NCBI GenBank assembly: GCA_034521815.1
Contig: JAXHLW010000013.1
Coordinates: 1,472,001-1,536,000 of the forward strand
Reading direction: 5' to 3'
DNA length: 64,000 nt
DNA from: Trueperaceae bacterium
Lineage (GTDB): Bacteria > Deinococcota > Deinococci > Deinococcales > Trueperaceae
Positions 43,217 through 53,082 of the stretch are shown one piece after another. Position 1 is the stretch's first letter; every line of letters begins with the position of its first letter. The notes under the pieces were generated by a model. The model had not been told where the DNA came from and searched no databases. It saw nothing but the letters and a program-made list of their open reading frames with translations. The position numbers and the translations under genes are program-made.

Positions 43217-43640
43217 TGGCTGGGAGGCTGGCTTCGTGAGTACACGGACGTGGCTGGCAGTCGCCTGCATCTCGTTGACCAGCACCATCGCGTCCGCCGA
43301 ACACGAGAACGACGCCCTCGTAGAACGCGGACGGGAAGCCTACGTCGAGCACTACTGCGGAGCGTGTCATCGCCTCGACGCGGTCGGGTCGGCGGGGATC
43401 TTCGGCCCCCCGCACGACGACGCAGGGCGCGTGGCGCAGGAGCGTGCGGAGGACCCGGCGACCGTAGGACGCTGGCCCGACGCGCGCGCCTACATACGGG
43501 AGTCGATCGAGATGCCCTCGGCGTACCTCGTCCCCGAGTACGCGGGCTATCGCCATGCCATGCCCGCGTACGACCTCAGCGACGACATCCTCGAAGCGCT
43601 CGTCGAGTTCTTGATGGCGCAGCATGCAGTCGCCGAATGA
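43185..43640 (+). CDS. Monoheme c-type cytochrome (start uncertain)
   Basis: CGACH heme motif, FGPP, YIRESI..P.AY.VP.Y, axial HAMP. Confidence 0.85.
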   Translation: MPSSTHARAHDGWEAGFVSTRTWLAVACISLTSTIASAEHENDALVERGREAYVEHYCGACHRLDAVGSAGIFGPPHDDAGRVAQERAEDPATVGRWPDARAYIRESIEMPSAYLVPEYAGYRHAMPAYDLSDDILEALVEFLMAQHAVAE

Positions 43641-43771
43641 AAGGGCGGGGAGGGGGAGATGAGCCGGATCGGTTCGTGAACGTATCGGACGGGGCGCCCT
43701 TCGCCCCAGGGCTGCCGCTCACGACCGTGATCCGGTTCGTGGTGGCGTGAGGGAACACGAGAGGAACGACG

Positions 43772-44848
43772 ATGATGATGCACAAGTGGATGTTGGCGTG
43801 TCTGATGGCGGTGATGGGTGTGGCCGTGGCTCAAGAGGTCGTGATCGACGGCCTCAACAACCCGATGGGCCTTCTGGTCACGCCCGACGGCACGATCTGG
43901 GTGGTCGACGCTGGCCATGGGGGTGATCAGGAGATCCAGACGCCGGACCCCCAGACCGGTGAGACCATCACCGCGACGGTCGGCATGACGTCGGCCGTGG
44001 TGTCGGTCGCCCCCGACGGTACGCGCACGGTGCGGGCGATGTTGCCCTCGGTCGCCTTGCCGATGGAGAACAGCGGCGGATCGCGTCTCGCAAGACTGGG
44101 CACGCACGTGTACGCCACGAGCGGCGGCTGGTTCGGTGACCTCGGTCCGGAGCCGATGCCGATGATGGCGTCGATCGTCCGCGTCGACACCGACGAACCG
44201 CAAGAAACCACCAGCACCTGGACCATCGAGGCGGAACAGAACCCCGACGGCTACATCCTCGAGAGCCATCCGTACGGCATCGTCGGCGGGTCCGACGGCA
44301 TGCTGTACGTGGCGGACGCCGGCGCGAACACGCTCCTGCGCGTGAACCCGAGGAACGGCGACGTCACGGTACTCGCGGTCTTCGAGGGTGTCCCCGGCCC
44401 GTTCCCCAACCCCGCACGCGGCGGCGCCATGGAGGCCGACCCCGTTCCGACCGGCATCACCCAGGGCTCGGACGGCACGCTCTACGTCGCGCTCCTGCCG
44501 GGCTTCCCCTTCCTTCCCGGTTCCGCGGGCGTCAGCCGCGTGACCCTCGATGGCGAGGTCACGCCTATCACCGATGGCCTCACGATGGTCACCGACCTTC
44601 AGCTCGCACCCGACGGCCACCTCTACGCCGTCACGCTGGCCGTGTTCACGGAGACGGGTCCGACGCCCATGAGCGGCGCCGTCACGCGCGTCGGCATGGA
44701 CGGCGACACCGCGGTCGTGCTCGACGGGCTCATGTTCCCCACCGCCATCGCCTTCGGCGCCAACGGCGACGCTTACGTCACCGTCAACGGTCTCGGCGCG
44801 CCCGGCACCGGCCAGGTACTGCGCTACGAGGGACTGGGCGCTCGCTGA
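43772..44848 (+). CDS. Exported ScyD/ScyE-family beta-propeller protein
   Basis: Signal peptide; GLNNPMGL, SHPYGI, VADAGANTLLRV, DPVPTGI..G.DG.LYV..L.GFPF. Confidence 0.82.
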   Translation: MMMHKWMLACLMAVMGVAVAQEVVIDGLNNPMGLLVTPDGTIWVVDAGHGGDQEIQTPDPQTGETITATVGMTSAVVSVAPDGTRTVRAMLPSVALPMENSGGSRLARLGTHVYATSGGWFGDLGPEPMPMMASIVRVDTDEPQETTSTWTIEAEQNPDGYILESHPYGIVGGSDGMLYVADAGANTLLRVNPRNGDVTVLAVFEGVPGPFPNPARGGAMEADPVPTGITQGSDGTLYVALLPGFPFLPGSAGVSRVTLDGEVTPITDGLTMVTDLQLAPDGHLYAVTLAVFTETGPTPMSGAVTRVGMDGDTAVVLDGLMFPTAIAFGANGDAYVTVNGLGAPGTGQVLRYEGLGAR

Positions 44849-44997
44849 AGCAGGTCCGAGACCTCGCCGTCGCGCTCGTGGCGGCGGCGAGGACGAGGGG
44901 GCGGGCAGCGCTGCTCGCCCCGCGTCGTGGGTTCGATGCGTTCTCCAATCTTGGGCTCTTCAGTTCCATTCCCACGATTCGCAATCGAGGAGAAGAC

Positions 44998-45771
44998 ATG
45001 GCGACGATCGTCCGCAACGGAACGAAGCTGGCGTACGAAGATCGAGGCGCAGGCGCACCAACCTTCGTGTTTCTACACGGTTGGACGTGCGATCGGTCGT
45101 TCTTCGCCCCGCAAGCTGCGCACTTCGCGCGACTCCACCGCGTCGTCTCCGTCGACCTGCGCGGGCACGGTCAGAGCGACAAGCCCGAGGGGCCGTATCC
45201 CATCGCAACATACGCCGACGACATTGCGCACATCATCGATCAGCTCGATCTCGGCAAGGTCGTGGCAGTGGGTCACAGCATGGGGGGTACTACGGCCCTG
45301 CAGTTGGCCGCCGCCTACCCAGAACACGTGGCCGCGATCGTCATGGTGGATCCAGGAGCATTCGTCTTGCCACCCGAAATACGAGCACGCCTCGAAGGGA
45401 TCTTGACGGCGATCGAGGCTGGCAATCAGGAACCTCGCCAACGGGCCATCGCGAACGGCATGTTTCTGCCCACCTCCGATCGACAGCTGGTGGAGGACGT
45501 ACTGAAGGTGATGATGACGGCGCCGAGTCATGTCGCCGTCAGCGCCATGCGAGGGGTCATGGAGTTCGCTGGCCCGACCGTAGCGGCACAGTGCAAGGTC
45601 CCCGCGCTGCACCTGGCGAACGCGCAGCACCGCAATCCACCGCACCTCATGTCGGAGTGGTTACCGGGCGTCGTCCATGGTTGGACCGTCGGAGGAGGCC
45701 ACTTCAGCCAGCTCGAGGTACCGGACCAGGTGAACGCGATGATAGAGGGCTTCCTGCGCCATTACGTCTGA
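44998..45771 (+). CDS. Alpha/beta hydrolase
   Basis: RBS gagga; FLHGW, DLRGHGQSDKP, GHSMGG, GHFSQLE. Confidence 0.9.
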   Translation: MATIVRNGTKLAYEDRGAGAPTFVFLHGWTCDRSFFAPQAAHFARLHRVVSVDLRGHGQSDKPEGPYPIATYADDIAHIIDQLDLGKVVAVGHSMGGTTALQLAAAYPEHVAAIVMVDPGAFVLPPEIRARLEGILTAIEAGNQEPRQRAIANGMFLPTSDRQLVEDVLKVMMTAPSHVAVSAMRGVMEFAGPTVAAQCKVPALHLANAQHRNPPHLMSEWLPGVVHGWTVGGGHFSQLEVPDQVNAMIEGFLRHYV

Positions 45772-46004
45772 ACCTGTCCAGGCAGATGACGTTCGTAGCG
45801 TGCCGTCGGCTGCTCGAGTCCAGCAACATTCGATCAATGTGCCTGTCCCGGTCCTCGTCGAGGTGCAGGCCTGGGCGCAAGAGCGCCTGTGCACGGGCGC
45901 GTGGCTCACGCTTGTCGACGACGTCGGACGCCGGCGCGTCCGCGAACGCTGCACGGTCCGGGATGCCCATTTGCAGGCGGTGGGGTCGAGGAACGCAACC
46001 GTTC

Positions 46005-46124
46005 TGACTGAACCCCGGTCTTCGTTCCGGTCATGGTGTGGTGGGTTCCATCGTCAGGCTACCTGACGGCGTGAACTGGTCGAGGACGTCGATCGGTGTC
46101 TTGTCTCCGAGCGCGCCGCGGGGG
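46005..46124 (-). mobile_element. Truncated end of the same IS3 element as 18598-19824
   Basis: ~120 bp closely matching 18598-18715 (IR plus end of orfB). Confidence 0.88.
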
Positions 46125-46155
46125 CGGGGGGGTCAGCGACCCTGGTCGCCGGGCG

Positions 46156-47145
46156 TCACCCCGATCCGACCCCTCGCGCCCGCTCGACCAGCGCCCAGAA
46201 GCCCGACGCGGGTCGCGCTCCTCGTTCCGCGGCCAGCGCTCGGCGCGCCGCCTCGTCGAAACCCACGCGCGGCGGGTGATCGATGCGTGCCCAGAAGTCG
46301 TCGTCGCGCGCCAGCAGGTCCTCGGTGAGGCCGATCACCACCTCGCGGGCGACCGACCAGTCGGCGCGCGTCACCAGCCGGATCCACAGCGAGGACAAGC
46401 GCGGGCTCAAGAAGGGGACGTCGATGCTCAACGGCGCGCCCAAGCCCATCAGCACCGCGGTGCGGTCCAGGAACTCCTTGCCGGAGAGGATCTCGGGTCC
46501 CGGCACGTCGAACCAGGCGTTCGCCTCGATCGGCAGGTCCAGCGCCCGCACGAGCGCGACGACCACGTCGTCGATCGCCACGGGCTCCGTTCGCGAGCGG
46601 AGCCAGCGCGGCAGGATCATCACCGGCAGCCGCGCCGCCAGGTCGCGGACGATGAGCCAGCTCAGGCTGCCGTGACCCACGATCATGCTGGCGCGCAGCT
46701 CGATCGTGGGCACCGAGCCGGCCCGCAGCGTCTCGCCCACCTCGACCCGGCTCTGCAGATGCTCGGATCCCGGACCGGTGGGCGCCACGCCCCCCAGGTA
46801 CACGATCCGCTGGACCCCGGCCTCGGCCGCGACCTCAGCGAAGCCAGCGGCGGCCGCGACCTCGCGCTCGTGGTAGCCGGCGCCTTCGCGGATGCCGTGC
46901 ACCAGGTACAGAGCCGCGTGCGCGCCCTCGAGCGCGCTGGCCATCGAATCACGGTCCGCGACGTCGCCCTCGAGCCAGTCGAGGCCGGGCGCGTGCTGGG
47001 CCGCTCGTGCGGCGTTACGCGTGAGGGCACGAACGTGCCACCCGGCCGCTTCCAGAGCTGGTCGTACCGCCCCGCCGACGAAGCCGGCCGCGCCGGTGAG
47101 CAAGATGGTGCGCTCCTGCCCGGGCGCGGCCACCACGGGCGTCAC
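46156..47145 (-). CDS. Atypical SDR / NAD(P)H-binding protein (YbjT-like)
   Basis: LTGAAGFVG, YLVHG, IVYLGG, SEHLQSR.EVGE.L, ELRASMIVG.GS.S. Confidence 0.88.
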   Translation of the reverse strand: MTPVVAAPGQERTILLTGAAGFVGGAVRPALEAAGWHVRALTRNAARAAQHAPGLDWLEGDVADRDSMASALEGAHAALYLVHGIREGAGYHEREVAAAAGFAEVAAEAGVQRIVYLGGVAPTGPGSEHLQSRVEVGETLRAGSVPTIELRASMIVGHGSLSWLIVRDLAARLPVMILPRWLRSRTEPVAIDDVVVALVRALDLPIEANAWFDVPGPEILSGKEFLDRTAVLMGLGAPLSIDVPFLSPRLSSLWIRLVTRADWSVAREVVIGLTEDLLARDDDFWARIDHPPRVGFDEAARRALAAERGARPASGFWALVERARGVGSG

Positions 47146-47301
47146 GAACCCTCGGACGACGCGTCCGCGTCGTTCGGGACCGTCACGTCGAACTCACCAC
47201 GCTTGGCCAGGTAGGGCGCGGTCGCGACGCGGACGCCGGAGTTGCTACCGATGACGAGCTCGGGTCGAGGAGGCATACCCGAGTGTAGAGGACGGGCGAT
47301 C

Positions 47302-47345
47302 GGCACGACCGTACGCACCGACGTCTCGAGCCCTCCCCCGCTCTC
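47302..47345 (+). repeat. 44-bp direct repeat, copy 1
   Basis: ggcacgaccgtacgcaccgacgtctcgagccctcccccgctctc; one mismatch to 54695-54738. Confidence 0.9.
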
Positions 47346-47487
47346 ACGCCAGCTCCGGAGCACGATCCCGCGCTTCGACGTCCGCTTTCAGACGGCGTCG
47401 GCATCGCCCCGGGGGCGATGCTGACGCCGGAACACGGCCGCGCCCCGCGCGCGGCGAACGCGACCCCACCACGAAGGAGCCCTCACC

Positions 47488-48927
47488 ATGACCGACGCCA
47501 CCCCGCACGACGACGCCACCCGTGATCCGACCCCCACCACGCCTAGCGACACCGAGATCGAACGCTTCGACCACGTCCTGGTCGGCACCGGCCAGGCCAC
47601 CGGCACGCTCCTCGCCGGGCTCCCCGACGACGCCACCATCGCCGTGATCGAGGGCCACCACGTCGGCGGAACGTGCGTCAACGACGGCTGCACGCCCACC
47701 AAGACGCTGATCGCCAGCGCCAAGGTGGCGCGCCAGGCGCGCCGCGGCGCCGAGTACGGCGTGCAGGTCGGCGACGTGTCGGTCGACTTCGGCGCCGTGA
47801 TGGAGCGGGTGAACCGCATCCGCCACGGCGGCCGCGACGGGCTCACGAAGATGCTCGAGAGCGACCCGCGCATCACCTTCATCCGAGGCTGGGCCGCCTT
47901 CGAGGCGCCCCGCACGCTGCGGGTCGCAGGCCGCCTCGTCGCCGGCGAGCACGTGCACCTCAACGTCGGCGCGCGCGCCCGGGTGCCGGACCTGCCGGGC
48001 CTCGACCGCGTGCCCTGGCTGGACAACGCCCGCCTCCTCCAGCTCGACGAGGCGCCCGAGCACCTGGTGATCGTGGGCGGGTCGTACATCGGCCTGGAGA
48101 TGGCGCAGGCGTTCCACCGCCTCGGATCGCGCGTGACCGTCCTGGAGGGCGGCCCGCAGCTGATGGGCCGCGAGGACGCCGACGTCGCCGACGCGGCACG
48201 CGAGCTGCTCGAGGACGAGGGCATCGACATCGTCCTGAACGCGAAGCTCGAGGCCGTGACCGAGGCGGCGGACGGGATCGAGGTCCGCGCGGACGGTCGC
48301 GTCGTTCGCGGCTCGCACCTGCTGCTGGCCGTCGGGCGGGTGCCGAACAGCGACCGGCTGAACCTGGCCGCCGCCGGCGTCGAAACGGACGAGCGCGGCT
48401 ACGTGCAGGTCGATGACCGCTGCCGCACCACCGCGGACGGCGTGTGGGCGCTGGGCGACGTGAACGGACGCGGAGCCTTCACGCACACCTCCGTCAACGA
48501 CGCCGAGATCGTCCTCGACGCGCTCCAAGGCGGACCGCGCCACCTCGGCGAGCGCGACACGGTCTACGCGATGTTCATCGATCCGCCGCTCGGTCGGGTC
48601 GGCATGACGGAGAAGGAAGCGCTCGCGAAGGGGCACCGCATCCGCGTCGCGACGCGTGCCATGAAGCGCATCGCTCGCGCCAAGGAGTTCGGCGAGACCG
48701 AGGGGCTGATCAAGCTGATCGTCGATGCGGACCGGGACCGCTTCCTCGGCGTCGCGGCGCTGGGCCTGTACGGCGACGAGATCGCCAACCTGTTCGCCGT
48801 CGCGATGCACGGGGGCGTGGACGTGTCCACGTTCCGCCGCACGGTCCTGATCCACCCCACCGTCGGGGAGCTGCTGCCGTGGATCCTCGACGATCTCGGA
48901 CCCGTCCAGGAGGGCGCGGCCGCGTAG
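47488..48927 (+). CDS. Pyridine nucleotide-disulfide oxidoreductase (RclA/MerA-like, no C-terminal Cys pair)
   Basis: GTGQA, GGTCVNDGCTPTK, GGSYIGLE, GDVNGRGAFTH, HPTVGE. Confidence 0.9.
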   Translation: MTDATPHDDATRDPTPTTPSDTEIERFDHVLVGTGQATGTLLAGLPDDATIAVIEGHHVGGTCVNDGCTPTKTLIASAKVARQARRGAEYGVQVGDVSVDFGAVMERVNRIRHGGRDGLTKMLESDPRITFIRGWAAFEAPRTLRVAGRLVAGEHVHLNVGARARVPDLPGLDRVPWLDNARLLQLDEAPEHLVIVGGSYIGLEMAQAFHRLGSRVTVLEGGPQLMGREDADVADAARELLEDEGIDIVLNAKLEAVTEAADGIEVRADGRVVRGSHLLLAVGRVPNSDRLNLAAAGVETDERGYVQVDDRCRTTADGVWALGDVNGRGAFTHTSVNDAEIVLDALQGGPRHLGERDTVYAMFIDPPLGRVGMTEKEALAKGHRIRVATRAMKRIARAKEFGETEGLIKLIVDADRDRFLGVAALGLYGDEIANLFAVAMHGGVDVSTFRRTVLIHPTVGELLPWILDDLGPVQEGAAA

Positions 48928-48997
48928 GCCGTCCGATTCGAGCCCGCGAGCGTTCGGGCTCGACCCCGGCGCTTCCCGCACGGCCCGCCCTCGGAGC

Positions 48998-50479
48998 TCA
49001 GAGGGCGGGCCGGCCCCGCCAACGCCAGCGCAGGTAGGCGCCCGCCTCGCGGTGCAGGCGCGGCAGGCTCGAGAACACGAACGCGTCCGCGGCCTTGCGG
49101 ATCGCCTCGCCCAGCGCGGGGTAGGGCACCTCCAGCCGCGACAGCCGCCACAGCGAGCTGCCCTGCCGCTGCGCCGCCGTCAGCAGCGGCATCATCTCGG
49201 CCGCGTCGGGCGCGACGACCGTCGCGGCCAACAGGCGGCCGCTGCCGCGCACCGCGACGAGCTGCACGAACCCGTCCCTCAGGCCCATCGTCCCGCCGCG
49301 GTCGGTATCCGCCAGCTCGACCCGGTGCACCGACAACAGCGCCTCCGGCCACCGCGTCCGCAGCTCCTCGACGGTGGGCCCTACCTGTCCGACCTCCGGC
49401 TCGGTGAACGCCACCGAGGCGTGGTCGCCCTCCGGCACCAGCGGGAGGGGCACCGTCAGGTAGCGCACCAGGCGCCGCGCCTGGGCGTGCGCGACGTGCG
49501 TGAAGCCACCGCCGATCAGATCGCCGATCGCGAAGACGCCCGGCGCGCGCGTCCGGTACGCCCGGTCGACCACGACGTGCCCGCGCTCATCGAGCGCGAC
49601 GCCGGCCTCCTCGAGACCGAGGTCGCCGCTGGCCGGACGACGCCCGACCGCGACGAGCACGCGGTCGACATGGTCGATCGCGGCGAGCGTCGGCGCCGGG
49701 TCGGTCCCGGCCGGCTCCAGCGACACCTGCCCGGTCCGCGGGTCGTACCCCGTCATCCGCACGCCGGTGCGGACCGTCACGCCGAGCGCAGCCAAGTGCT
49801 CGTGCACGACCGCTGCCGCGGCCTCCTCCGAGGCGGGCAGGATGCGGTCCGCCATCTCGACGACGCTGACGCGGCTGCCGAGGCGCGCGAAGGCGAACGC
49901 CATCTCGCAGCCGATCACGCCGCCGCCCATGACCACCAAGTGGGCGGGAGGCGAGGTCAGGTCGAACAGCGTGGCGTTCGTCAGGACCGTCGAGGTCGGC
50001 GTGTCGGCCCCGCCCAGCCCAGGGAGGGGCGGCACGACCGGTCGCGAGCCGGTGGCCAGCACCACGCGGCCGGCCCGCAGGCGCCGCGGCGGACCGGCCT
50101 CGGCCGTCACCAGCACCGTGCGGGCGCCGCGCTCGCCCGCCGTCAGCCGGGCCCGACCCCGCACCAGCTCGATCCCCTCGCTGTCCGCCAGCCAGCCTTC
50201 CTCGTGCTCGCGCACCGCGTCCCGCTGCCGCCGCGCCGCGGCCAGCGCCTCGCGTGCGGCCTGGTCGCGCTGCTCCGTCGGTAGATCGCCCACCCGCTGG
50301 GCCAGCTCGATCAGCGTCTTCGACGGGATGCAGCCCACGTTGGTGCAGTCGCCGCCGACCCGCTCCGCCTCGACCAGCGCGACCCGCCGGCCGAGGTTCG
50401 CCAGGCCCACCGCCACGGTGAGCCCCGCGGCGCCCGCGCCGATCACGACCGTGTGGAACCGTTCGATCTCCGTCGTCAC
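48998..50479 (-). CDS. Pyridine nucleotide-disulfide oxidoreductase (dihydrolipoamide dehydrogenase-like)
   Basis: GAGAAG, GGDCTNVGCIPSK, GGGVIGCE, FTHVA, YPALGE. Confidence 0.9.
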   Translation of the reverse strand: MTTEIERFHTVVIGAGAAGLTVAVGLANLGRRVALVEAERVGGDCTNVGCIPSKTLIELAQRVGDLPTEQRDQAAREALAAARRQRDAVREHEEGWLADSEGIELVRGRARLTAGERGARTVLVTAEAGPPRRLRAGRVVLATGSRPVVPPLPGLGGADTPTSTVLTNATLFDLTSPPAHLVVMGGGVIGCEMAFAFARLGSRVSVVEMADRILPASEEAAAAVVHEHLAALGVTVRTGVRMTGYDPRTGQVSLEPAGTDPAPTLAAIDHVDRVLVAVGRRPASGDLGLEEAGVALDERGHVVVDRAYRTRAPGVFAIGDLIGGGFTHVAHAQARRLVRYLTVPLPLVPEGDHASVAFTEPEVGQVGPTVEELRTRWPEALLSVHRVELADTDRGGTMGLRDGFVQLVAVRGSGRLLAATVVAPDAAEMMPLLTAAQRQGSSLWRLSRLEVPYPALGEAIRKAADAFVFSSLPRLHREAGAYLRWRWRGRPAL

Positions 50480-51222
50480 GTCAGCTCCGTTCCCGCGGCG
50501 GCGCGCCTGGCGGCGCGTCGGCGCCACAGGCGGGCGGCCAGCAGGCTCATCGCGAACAGCGCGCCGCTGGTCGCCAGCAGGGCGAGGTCGGGGGTCGGCA
50601 GGCGCCCGCTCCCGAGCGCCGACAGGTCGCCCAGGCCGGCGCCGAACAGCACGAACACGATCGTGCCCGGGAGCGAGCCGATCGCGGTCGCCGCCACGAA
50701 CGGCAACGGCCGCAGCCGCGTGGCGCCGGCCAGGTAGTTCACCGCGTCGTACGGCGCGAACAGGAAGCGCAGGGTCAGGACCGTCTCGAACGTGCGGCCG
50801 CGCAGGCGACCGGTCACGCCCGCCAGCCGCGGGTGCGCGAGGGCCGGGCCCGCCAGCTCGGCGCCCAGGCCGCGTCCCAGGCCGTAGGCCACCAGCGCGC
50901 TGACGTTCGCGCCCACGATCACCAGGGCCACGCCCGCCAGCGGACCGTACAGCACACCGCCGGCGACGCTCAGCAGCGAGGCCGAGAAGGCGACCAGCGG
51001 GCGCACCGCGTAGACCGCGAGGTAGGCCGCGGCGCCCAACGGATGCTGGCCCAGAAACGCGCCCAGCGCGACCAGCAGGTCCAGCGGCGTCCGGCCGGTC
51101 GCCAGCGCGGTGGCGGCGTACGACGCCAGGCCGACACCCCAGAGGAGCAGCGCCAGGCGTCGCAGCCTGCGCGGAACGTTCTGCCCGTCCGGCGCGTGCG
51201 GCGTTCCCACGCGCGGCCTCAC
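50476..51222 (-). CDS. TVP38/TMEM64 (DedA superfamily) membrane protein
   Basis: RPLVAFSASLLSVAGGVLYGP, LRFLFAPYDAVNY, TAIGSLPG. Confidence 0.88.
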   Translation of the reverse strand: MRPRVGTPHAPDGQNVPRRLRRLALLLWGVGLASYAATALATGRTPLDLLVALGAFLGQHPLGAAAYLAVYAVRPLVAFSASLLSVAGGVLYGPLAGVALVIVGANVSALVAYGLGRGLGAELAGPALAHPRLAGVTGRLRGRTFETVLTLRFLFAPYDAVNYLAGATRLRPLPFVAATAIGSLPGTIVFVLFGAGLGDLSALGSGRLPTPDLALLATSGALFAMSLLAARLWRRRAARRAAAGTELT

Positions 51223-51890
51223 GGGTTCTGCCCCACCAGCGTCCGGTTCGCCCACCAGGCCCGCTGGCCGGCCGTGACCGCGACCAGGACGGCCGTCAAG
51301 CCTAGCCACACGGGCAACTGGCCGGGAAAGGCGAGCATCGCCGACACCAGCACCACGGTCTCGAACCCCTCCACCAGCCCGGCGGGCATCACCAGCGACG
51401 TGGCCTCGCCGCGTTCGGCCGCGCCCCGTCCACGCTTCTCCATCAACGCTGCGAGGAAGGCGTAGCTGCCGAGGTTCACGTAGTACGTGGCCAGAAGGGC
51501 CGCGACCAGCGGCCAGGTCCAGACGCTGCCCGGCGTGCCGGACCCGCCCGCCAGCCCCGCCGTGCCGATCGCGGCGCCGATCGGCACGGCGGCGTACACG
51601 CTCAGGTCCACGAGCAGGTCGAAGTAGCCGCCGCGGTCGTCGGCGTGGCCCAGGCGGCGGGCCACCTCGCCGTCGAGACCGTCGAGAAGGCGGTTGAGGA
51701 GCCACAGGGCCAGCGCCGCAGCGAAGGCGCCGAGCGCGGCGGCCAGCGCGGCGGCGAGGCCGATGGCGAGGCCCGCCAGCGTCACCGGCCCAGCGCCCCG
51801 GCGTACCAGGCGATGGGCCAGGAAAGCGCTGACCGGCGAGAGGGCGTTGCGCTTGACGGTGCGAAGGCTGCGGTCGATCACGAGCCCCAT
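51219..51890 (-). CDS. CDP-alcohol phosphatidyltransferase family protein
   Basis: DGLDGEVARR....DDRGGYFDLLVD signature; GLVEGFET. Confidence 0.9.
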   Translation of the reverse strand: MGLVIDRSLRTVKRNALSPVSAFLAHRLVRRGAGPVTLAGLAIGLAAALAAALGAFAAALALWLLNRLLDGLDGEVARRLGHADDRGGYFDLLVDLSVYAAVPIGAAIGTAGLAGGSGTPGSVWTWPLVAALLATYYVNLGSYAFLAALMEKRGRGAAERGEATSLVMPAGLVEGFETVVLVSAMLAFPGQLPVWLGLTAVLVAVTAGQRAWWANRTLVGQNP

Positions 51891-52085
51891 GCTTTCGCGT
51901 CCGGGCCGGAATCACCGTCAGGATTCGGACCGAGCGGCGCTCGTGGGCGACGCGGTCGTTCGGTCGCCGCCCTGCTCAGCGGTACTCGGGGGCGGCGTCG
52001 ATGCGGGGCCACCGTCGCGCGGTCCTCGAGCCTCCGCCCGGCCTCGTCGCAGGCCGGTCCACGGGCCCGAGCGCCCCCGCGCCGC

Positions 52086-52508
52086 TCATGCCCCTCCGAA
52101 CGACGCGCGGAGGCCGTCGAGGCCCGACTCGTACACGCCGCGCATGGTGGACTCGAGCTGCTCGGCGGCGTCGTCAGGAGCGTCGAACGTCGCCGACCAC
52201 ACGACCGTCGAGGCGTCCTGTCCGTCGGGTAGGACGCGCATGGTGCTGCGGTAGTCCTGGAGCGGCATCGGCGCCTCCTGGATGGTGTAGACGAGGCGCC
52301 GCTCGCCGTCGTCCACCTCCTCCAACCGCTCCACCAGGCGACCGCCGTCGACGGTGGTGCAGACCCGGGTCGCCCCCGCTCCGTCGCCGCGCACCTCGGA
52401 GTGCGCGATCATCGCCAGCCAGTTCTCGATGCCCTCGAACGAGCGGAGCTCGCTCCACACCGCGTCGGCCGGGGCGGGGATCGTCCTACGTACGTCGATC
52501 TCGATCAT
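52086..52508 (-). CDS. SRPBCC/MxaD-family protein
   Basis: RBS ggagga; APADAVW, GAGATR, ERLEE.DD.ERRLVY, VYESGL. Confidence 0.85.
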   Translation of the reverse strand: MIEIDVRRTIPAPADAVWSELRSFEGIENWLAMIAHSEVRGDGAGATRVCTTVDGGRLVERLEEVDDGERRLVYTIQEAPMPLQDYRSTMRVLPDGQDASTVVWSATFDAPDDAAEQLESTMRGVYESGLDGLRASFGGA

Positions 52509-52778
52509 GTGCTCCTCCAGCGTCCGGGCGCTTCGGCGACTCGCGGCCTGCCCGCGTGCCGACGCGCCTCGCAGGACCCTGGCCGAGAGACTGACGCGCG
52601 TGGCGCCCCTCGCGCCGTCGCCGGCTTGACGGTCCGCATCGGCGACATGCCGCTTCGTCAAGCTGCCGACGGCGCGCACCGGCCCTACGGGGCGATCCTC
52701 GGGCCGGTGCCGGGGTGCGACGGTCGCACCACGTCCGGCGGGATCCTCCGCCAAGCCGGCCACCTGAAGGAGGTCGAG

Positions 52779-53066
52779 ATGCCGAAGGCAACGTACGCGA
52801 ACAACGTGATCGCACGCAGCGACGACGTGGAAACGGTCGAGGGCAACCTGTACTTCCCGCGCGCCAGCGTCGACATGAGCCTGCTCGAGCCCAGCACGAC
52901 CGCATCCACCTGTCCCTGGAAGGGCGCGGCACAGTACTTCCACCTGCGCGTCGGCGACACGCGCATCGAGGACGCCGCCTGGTCGTATCCGGAGCCGAAG
53001 CCCGCGGCGCAGGCGATCGCCGGCCACCTGGCGTTCGACATCCGGCGGGGACTCGAGGTCGGCTGA
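52779..53066 (+). CDS. DUF427 protein
   Basis: VEGNLYFP, CPWKGAAQYF, AAWSYPEP. Confidence 0.9.
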   Translation: MPKATYANNVIARSDDVETVEGNLYFPRASVDMSLLEPSTTASTCPWKGAAQYFHLRVGDTRIEDAAWSYPEPKPAAQAIAGHLAFDIRRGLEVG

Positions 53067-53082
53067 GCCCCACCCCCGGTCG

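Noticed and set aside
43772-44848. Scytonemin biosynthesis
   Set aside because: Only a lone ScyD/E-like propeller; no other scy genes in the window.
47488-50479. Mercury resistance (merA)
   Set aside because: No C-terminal Cys-Cys, no N-terminal metal-binding domain and no merR/T/P nearby.
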